Part shown: positions 27,353-32,000 of the stretch, one piece after another | Position numbering within the stretch: position 1 is the stretch's first letter | Layout: each line of letters opens with the position of its first letter | Assembly: GCA_942493105.1 (NCBI GenBank) | Contig: OW818668.1 | Coordinates: 300,001 to 332,000 of the forward strand | From: an uncultured Erysipelotrichaceae bacterium | Lineage (GTDB): Bacteria; Bacillota_I; Bacilli_A; Erysipelotrichales; Erysipelotrichaceae | DNA length: 32,000 nt | Direction of reading: 5' to 3' | Made by a program: the position numbers and the translations under genes | The notes under the pieces: generated by a model | What the model saw: only the letters and a program-made list of their open reading frames with translations | What the model was told of the DNA's origin: nothing | Databases searched by the model: none

Positions 27353-27682
27353 TCAGAAACCCAGATTAACCAAGATTTTGATGGTCTCGAAGGCATCCAG
27401 AGGACTTTTTAAAACGTTGATCTCATTGTCTGCAGCAATACCTAAGGTTTGTTGATCCAAGTCATTGTCATCAATAAGGATGATACAAGAGAATTCCTTA
27501 AGTGATGCGATTGCGATGATGTTTTGATGGGTCTGCATGGTGATCCAAGCTTGACCTGTTTGGCCATGTCCCATCACATATGATAAGAGATCTCCTGTGT
27601 GTATCCCTGTGATCTTTTGATCGATGTTGCCTTGCATGACAAACGGCCAATCTGTTTTCTGATGAAGTTCTTTGATGGTCAT
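27353..27682 (-). CDS. DRTGG-domain protein
   Basis: 109 aa with IHTGDLLSYVM and a C-terminal IILIDDN... core, consistent with DRTGG. ATGA overlap with the upstream gene. Confidence 0.6.
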   Translation of the reverse strand: MTIKELHQKTDWPFVMQGNIDQKITGIHTGDLLSYVMGHGQTGQAWITMQTHQNIIAIASLKEFSCIILIDDNDLDQQTLGIAADNEINVLKSPLDAFETIKILVNLGF

Positions 27683-28101
27683 AGAGTATCCTTTCGTTTA
27701 AAACCGAGTTGTAATAAGGTCCCATTGGGATCGGAAATCAAATTAAAGGTGTCTGAATTCTTCTTAATGTTAGGTAAACCTAAACCAGCTCCAAAGCCCA
27801 TATTTTGAGCAACAGCATCAGCGGTTGACCAACCCGGTTTCATTGCCAATTCTATATTTTCAATGCCTGGTCCCACATCTTTAAAGCTTATGTTGAGCCA
27901 CTCATCGTCAATAGACAACTCTACTAGACCCCCATGAGAATGAATGATCATGTTGATCTCAGCTTCATAACAGGCTACAGCAACGCGACGTATGGTTTCT
28001 TGAGACATCCCATATCCTTTTGCGATCTTACGAATATCACTGGATATGGATCCTGCTTTACTGAAATCATCTGCGGTTAATTCATAGGTCTTAATCAGCA
28101 T
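27679..28101 (-). CDS. RsbW/SpoIIAB-like anti-sigma-type Ser/Thr kinase (HATPase_c_2)
   Basis: 140 aa with EAEINMIIHS (N-box), DVGPGIENI (G1) and GFGAGLGLPN (G2). Confidence 0.7.
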   Translation of the reverse strand: MLIKTYELTADDFSKAGSISSDIRKIAKGYGMSQETIRRVAVACYEAEINMIIHSHGGLVELSIDDEWLNISFKDVGPGIENIELAMKPGWSTADAVAQNMGFGAGLGLPNIKKNSDTFNLISDPNGTLLQLGFKRKDTL

Positions 28102-28462
28102 GACGGGTTGCCGTTTTTAAGCCTTCCTTATATAAGATACCCACGGCTTCAAACATGGGCAGAGGTGTTGTGAAGACATTCATTTCCATAGAAGTAGCCA
28201 ACTCTACGTTTTCTTCACCCAATGTTTTATTGCGACATAAGATGATGACATTGATGTCCATCATTTCTGCAGTACGTAAAGCTTGTCCATTGGCCAAGCC
28301 AGTCAATAAGACGGTTTGTGCTGGATTAGTACAGATCATCGCTAAGGCATCACTCATCAGATCAGTACAGCTGACATAATAATGTTCGCGAAAGACGATA
28401 TAAGGATCGTCAACGGTGATCGGGGTTGCATTTATCAATCCCAACATGGCTTGAAGCTTCAT
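28091..28462 (-). CDS. DRTGG-domain protein
   Basis: 123 aa with VLLTGLANGQALRTAEM and VIILCRN. ATGA overlap with the hydC stop. Confidence 0.6.
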   Translation of the reverse strand: MKLQAMLGLINATPITVDDPYIVFREHYYVSCTDLMSDALAMICTNPAQTVLLTGLANGQALRTAEMMDINVIILCRNKTLGEENVELATSMEMNVFTTPLPMFEAVGILYKEGLKTATRHAD

Positions 28463-28956
28463 GATTGAGCAGTTTTTTCTTCCTTAATGATGCGTCTGAT
28501 GGCATTCTCAAGGTCCTTATTGTTATTGGCATTTCCATATACTTGTTCATCCAATACTGCAACCGGAGCCAAGCCACAAGCACCTAAACAACGTGTTGCA
28601 TCCAAAGAGAACAAATTATCAGTGCTGGTTCCATTAACTGGAGCATTGGTCAATATCTTAACGCGATCCAATAAAAGCTGAGAGCCTCTGACATAACAAG
28701 CTGTCCCTAAACACACATTGATAACATGTTTGCCTTTAGGTTCAGTGGTGAATTGTGTGTAAAAACTAACGACGCCATAAACCTCACCTACTGGCACTTG
28801 AGCTGCTTGACTGATCTTCTCCATGGCTTCAAATGGGATATAACCCAATTGCTTTTGAACATCATGAAGCATCAGTTTAACAGGTCCCTTTTTATCTTTA
28901 TGAACTTCTACGATCTCATCAATCTTCTTTAAATATTCCGCGCTTAAATTCATCAT
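28459..28956 (-). CDS. hydC: NuoE-like [2Fe-2S] subunit of the hydrogenase, HydC
   Basis: 165 aa with CLGTACYVRG and CLGACGLAP cluster motifs. GAGGT RBS. First gene of the operon. Confidence 0.88.
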   Translation of the reverse strand: MMNLSAEYLKKIDEIVEVHKDKKGPVKLMLHDVQKQLGYIPFEAMEKISQAAQVPVGEVYGVVSFYTQFTTEPKGKHVINVCLGTACYVRGSQLLLDRVKILTNAPVNGTSTDNLFSLDATRCLGACGLAPVAVLDEQVYGNANNNKDLENAIRRIIKEEKTAQS

Positions 28957-28980
28957 CGGTTACCTCGGTTATTTGTGAAT

Positions 28981-29008
28981 ATTATAACATAACTAATTAA
29001 TTGAACAA
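28981..29008 (-). promoter_or_regulatory. Promoter of the hyd operon
   Basis: On the minus strand TTGTTC (29008-29003), a 16-nt spacer, then TGT-TATAAT (28989-28981). Confidence 0.5.
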
Positions 29009-29100
29009 GTGATTTTTTTAACAAAATAATACTATTTTTGATTAATCTTTATTTATTTAAAAAGAGCCTTAATCATCTGACTTTATAACTTTTTTGAACA

Positions 29101-29109
29101 TGCTATAAT
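29101..29109 (+). promoter_or_regulatory. Extended -10 promoter (TGCTATAAT) for lemA
   Basis: TGCTATAAT lies 34 nt upstream of the ATG. AAGGAG RBS at 29131-29136. No clear -35 element. Confidence 0.45.
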
Positions 29110-29142
29110 GTTTTCAAAACTTGCTGATTTAAGGAGCTAAAT

Positions 29143-29688
29143 ATGAAGAAACTATGGATCCCTCTTGGGTTAGTCATTATTGTGATTGCTGTGCTTTTTA
29201 ATGGATATAACGGATTGGTAAAAAATGAAGAATCCGTCAATGGTGAATGGAGCCAAGTCCAAACACAACTTCAAAGACGAGCAGACTTGATACCCAACTT
29301 AGTCAATACTGTGAAAGCTTATGCTGCTCAAGAGCAGGAAATTTTTACTGCACTAGCTGAAGCAAGAGCTAAATTAGCATCTGCCAAAGGGGTTGCTGAA
29401 ACAGAAACAGCTCAAGGTGAATTATCTGATGCTTTGTCTCGCTTATTGGTCATTGTAGAAAACTATCCTGAACTAAAGTCAAACGTGAATTTTTTGGCGC
29501 TTCAAGATGAATTAGCAGGCACAGAAAACCGAATTGCGACAGCTAGAACAGACTACAATAAAGCCGTTCAAACCTACAACACCAAGATCAAATCTTTGCC
29601 TACTGCCTTGTATGCAGGTCTATTGGGCTTTGGTCCTAAAGATTACTTTGAAGCAGATAAAGACGATAACGTTGACGTAGAATTCTAG
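29143..29688 (+). CDS. lemA: LemA-family protein
   Basis: 181 aa with an N-terminal TM segment, then YNGLV ... W(S)QVQTQLQRRADLIPNLV ... YPELKSN ... LAGTENRIA ... YN, the LemA signature. Confidence 0.88.
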   Translation: MKKLWIPLGLVIIVIAVLFNGYNGLVKNEESVNGEWSQVQTQLQRRADLIPNLVNTVKAYAAQEQEIFTALAEARAKLASAKGVAETETAQGELSDALSRLLVIVENYPELKSNVNFLALQDELAGTENRIATARTDYNKAVQTYNTKIKSLPTALYAGLLGFGPKDYFEADKDDNVDVEF

Positions 29689-29698
29689 GATAACGTTG

Positions 29699-30451
29699 AT
29701 GAGGAAAATCCTCTTTGGTTTGTTTTTAATACTGACGGTTTGGATTTTTAATCTAACTCCTAAACCGCTCAATGCATTATCGATACCTAGCCCAAGTGCT
29801 GATTTTTATGTGTTGGATGAAGTAGGAGTTCTTTCTAATACTACCCTTCAAACCATCAAGTCGATATCTATCGAGCTTGAAAATAAAACCAAAGCACAAA
29901 TCGTGGTGGTCATCGTCAATGACTTAGGCAATGTAAGTGCAGAGACTTACAGTCTTGCGATATTAAGAGAATGGGGAATTGGGGATGAAAAGCTCAATAA
30001 TGGTACTTTGATCCTTCTTGCGATGGATGAAAAAATATCCAGGATCGAAGTAGGCTATGGATTAGAAGGTGCACTCAATGATGCTAAAACTGGACGAATT
30101 CAAGACAATTATATGTTGCCTTATTTTAATCAGGGAGATTTTGATCAAGGTATCTTAAATGGTTATCTTGCGATCATTCAAGAAGTTGCTAAAGAATATA
30201 ATGTATCGATCGATGCTAATCAACCGCTTGCTTATTCAAAACCTTTTAATTTATGGACAGATTTACCTTCGTGGATGATCATTGGAGGCATCATCTTGCT
30301 TGTCATTGTCCTAGGGGCCTTAGATTTAAGATTCCTGGATGGCACACTCATACGTTTGATTTTTTCATTGGTATTCAGTATGGGAAAAGGCAGTTCATAT
30401 CGAGGCAGTGGTGGCAGCGGTGGTGGAGGTGGAAGTTCAAGACGATGGTAA
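29699..30451 (+). CDS. TPM-domain (YgcG-like) membrane protein
   Basis: 250 aa from ATG 29699, with a signal/TM segment and a TPM core (YVLDEVGVLS ... QIVVVIV ... GLEG). Followed by a TM segment and a Gly/Ser-rich tail GSGGSGGGGGSSRRW. The LemA-TPM pairing is classic. Confidence 0.8.
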   Translation: MRKILFGLFLILTVWIFNLTPKPLNALSIPSPSADFYVLDEVGVLSNTTLQTIKSISIELENKTKAQIVVVIVNDLGNVSAETYSLAILREWGIGDEKLNNGTLILLAMDEKISRIEVGYGLEGALNDAKTGRIQDNYMLPYFNQGDFDQGILNGYLAIIQEVAKEYNVSIDANQPLAYSKPFNLWTDLPSWMIIGGIILLVIVLGALDLRFLDGTLIRLIFSLVFSMGKGSSYRGSGGSGGGGGSSRRW

Positions 30452-30511
30452 GTAAAAAACAGCGAATTAAACTATCCCCTTTGTAAAGGACACGGAAAGA
30501 AAAACAGATGA

Positions 30512-30538
30512 AGATCGACAGAAATGTCGGTCTTTTTT
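30512..30538 (+). terminator. Strong plus-strand intrinsic terminator located inside the IS end
   Basis: AGATCGACA gaaa TGTCGGTCT forms a 9-bp stem with one G-U pair and a GAAA tetraloop, followed by TTTTTT. It overlaps the orfB stop codon. Confidence 0.7.
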
Positions 30539-31542
30539 ATGTAATCAACTGAAATTGATGAATCACTGCTGGTAATAATCGTTTCTGATGAGTTGGATTG
30601 GTTATATAATCGTCATATTCGTGAGGGGTCATCCGATTAAGATCCCATTGAGGTCGATCATAATTATAATAGTTGATGTATGAAATAAGGTACTCAGCCA
30701 ATCGTTCATAAGAATTGATTTTAGATAATTCGAGTTCGGTTTTAAGCACGGCGTAGAAGGATTCTTGTGGGGCATTATCCCAACAGTTTCCTCGCCTAGA
30801 CATCGATTGAGTAATGTCATGCTTAGAGAGAAGATCCTGATAGGCGATACTGGTGTAATGACTTCCTTGATCAGAGTGAAGGATGACTCCCATATGAAGT
30901 TCCCCACAGTAATTCTCCAGAAGCTGATTCACTGTATTGATCACGAAATCCAACTCAAGGGTCGATGAGAGCTGCCAGGCTAAGATCTTCTTAGTCATGG
31001 CGTCTTTGATGGTGGATACGTAAGCTCGCTTCCCATTGCCGTAGGTGATATAAGTGATGTCGGTCAATAAGGTCTTCTTGGCACTGCCTTGCGAGAAGTT
31101 TCGATCTAAGATGTTACTGAAGACTTTGTTGCTGTCTTTGGGCTCTAAGTATCGCTTTGACTGGGTTTGCTTTTCGAATTGGACAGATTAGTTCGTACTT
31201 ACTCATCAGCCGATGGATCCTTTTGAGGTTCATAATGACCTGATAATCCCTCTCAAGCCTCATTTTGATCTGTTTGGCCCCTTTTTTGAACCCTTCATAA
31301 TCATAAGCTGCTTTGATTGCGATAAAGTCGAGTTGATCCTTCATTTCTCTTTCACCCATCGTTAGTCTTCGTTTCTTATAAGCGTAGTACCCAGATCGAG
31401 ATACGCTCGCTTGGGTACACATATATTTTATGTCCAGTCGATTCTTTCTTCGACCTTCCATTTCCCATATGATATTGAATCGCTTTTCTGCGCTGAGTTT
31501 TTTTACTCCCCCCTTTCCAGCGCTTTCAGCTTTTTTAAGAAT
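30537..31542 (-). pseudogene. IS3 orfB (rve/DDE integrase) interrupted by an extra frameshift
   Basis: The N-terminal part (open frame from 31542; tracked ORF 31461-31114) ends ...CPIRKANPVKAILRAQRQQQSLQ*. A second frame, open from 31187, reads ...KRYLEPKDSNKVFSNILDRNF ... LTDITYI ... HSDQGSHYTS ... RRGNCWDNAPQESF. The junction lies near 31150-31185 and needs a +1 shift. Confidence 0.7.
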
Positions 31543-31901
31543 TCATTCTCCTGTTCAAGGTACTCATTTCTGTCTTTTAGATATCGGTTCTCTTCCTCAG
31601 GGCTGTTAAATATTAGTTTCTTAGGTCGTCCTGGTGATTTGAGTCGCTTAAATCCTTCAGGTCGCTTTGCTTGTTTCCTTGCCCTCGCAAATATTGAGTT
31701 GAGTCGGTTTTTCCCAAAGAATTCTGAATCTATTCCTAAATCACTTAAGATTCGCTTTTGCGTTTTTCCTAGTCGACTTTCCCTTTCGATAATTGTTTTG
31801 AACTCTGATGTAAACTGAACCGAACTTTCAGATACTTTTACGACATATTTGTTTCTTCTTAACCTCTCAATTGTCTCCGCACTGAATTTAACTTTTCCCA
31901 T
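31503..31901 (-). CDS. IS3 orfA (HTH transposase subunit with leucine zipper)
   Basis: 132 aa with a basic HTH region and C-terminal heptads EYLEQENEFLKKLKALE. GAGGT RBS. Confidence 0.85.
   Translation of the reverse strand: MGKVKFSAETIERLRRNKYVVKVSESSVQFTSEFKTIIERESRLGKTQKRILSDLGIDSEFFGKNRLNSIFARARKQAKRPEGFKRLKSPGRPKKLIFNSPEEENRYLKDRNEYLEQENEFLKKLKALERGE
31530..31536 (-). other. Programmed -1 ribosomal frameshift heptamer A AAA AAG (orfA to orfB)
   Basis: In the orfA frame, TTA AAA AAG. The -1 frame continues as AESAGKGGVKKLSAEKRFNIIWEMEGRR (orfB). A GCGCTG/CAGCGC stem starts 6 nt downstream. Confidence 0.7.
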
Positions 31902-32000
31902 GTTTGACCTCTTTCTTAAGTATAAGAAAACCCCACAGAACTGTCACGAGGTTTTTCTTTTCGTGTCTATTCTATGGGGTACAGTTTAAATGAAGCTGTT

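Larger units (their letters stand above)
30458..32000 (-). mobile_element. IS3-family insertion sequence (orfA/orfB); outer end may extend past the window
   Basis: Imperfect terminal inverted repeats of about 45-50 bp: 30458-30505 is the reverse complement of 31951-32000, with core GTTTTTCTTT(C/T)CGTGTC. The element contains orfA, an A AAA AAG frameshift site, and orfB with DDE residues. Confidence 0.8.

Noticed and set aside
26269-27725. Alternative-frame minus-strand ORFs (26269-26565, 26682-26927, 27498-27725) and plus-strand ORFs (26285-26506, 27599-27808)
   Set aside because: All are nested within the HATPase, PHP and DRTGG genes. Those genes carry clear domain motifs in the chosen frames.
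30253-30486. 77-aa plus-strand ORF with a Trp/Arg-rich translation
   Set aside because: It is an alternative frame of the Gly/Ser-rich tail of the TPM-domain gene, so it is a compositional artefact.
31067-31067. Apparent independent start (M) of the 176-aa integrase-core ORF
   Set aside because: The codon is TTG, and the frame stays open upstream to 31187 with IS3 OrfB-like sequence. It is therefore the continuation of a frameshifted orfB, not a separate gene.
31411-31818. 135-aa plus-strand ORF inside the IS
   Set aside because: It is antisense to orfA/orfB of the IS3 element, and its Ser/Phe-rich translation is typical of a shadow frame.
1-32000. Possibility of Mollicutes genetic code 4 (TGA = Trp), given the AT-rich, Tenericutes-like gene content
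   Set aside because: At least ten genes (pilin, rSAM-like, hydC, PHP and others) end at TGA at the expected lengths. Several of these TGA stops sit in ATGA coupling overlaps. The standard code fits.
1-32000. Scan by eye for CRISPR arrays, tRNA/rRNA genes and riboswitch-like leaders
   Set aside because: I saw no regularly spaced direct repeats and no cloverleaf-like or rRNA-like conserved stretches. The intergenic regions are short and are explained by promoters and terminators. A covariance-model search (Infernal/tRNAscan) would be needed to be sure.

Overview
AT-rich chromosomal segment from a low-GC, Firmicutes/Tenericutes-like anaerobe. It uses the standard code: TGA ends many full-length genes. 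I saw no rRNA, tRNA or CRISPR array. Gene order: (1) tail of a type IV pilus cluster (PilB-like 3' end, pilT, one prepilin); (2) a long minus-strand run with DUF1475 and DUF1295 membrane proteins, a DAK2-DegV fusion, and a complete Pho locus (phoU-pstBACS preceded by a phoPR-like two-component system); (3) a Fe-S aldo/keto reductase divergent from a DUF1893 gene; (4) a 5TMR-LYT/PAS histidine kinase with a REC-HD-GYP response regulator; (5) an unrecognised three-gene operon (polytopic membrane protein, SPASM-domain radical-SAM-like enzyme lacking CxxxCxxC, 471-aa coiled-coil protein) driven by a near-consensus promoter, divergent from a PadR/DUF1700-like/DUF4097 module; (6) a YwaF-like membrane protein; (7) a nine-gene electron-bifurcating-type [FeFe]-hydrogenase operon (hydC ... 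fdx-hydB-hydA) with five tightly coupled regulatory-type genes (DRTGG, RsbW-like kinase, DRTGG, PHP, HATPase) inserted between hydC and the ferredoxin gene; (8) lemA plus a TPM-domain gene; (9) an IS3-family element running off the window end. Best candidates for something new: the radical-SAM-like operon at 15.8-19.3 kb, the Cys-to-Ser change in the HydA L1 motif (TSCSPGW), and the regulatory insert in the hyd operon. All family assignments come from motif recognition by eye; no database search was possible.
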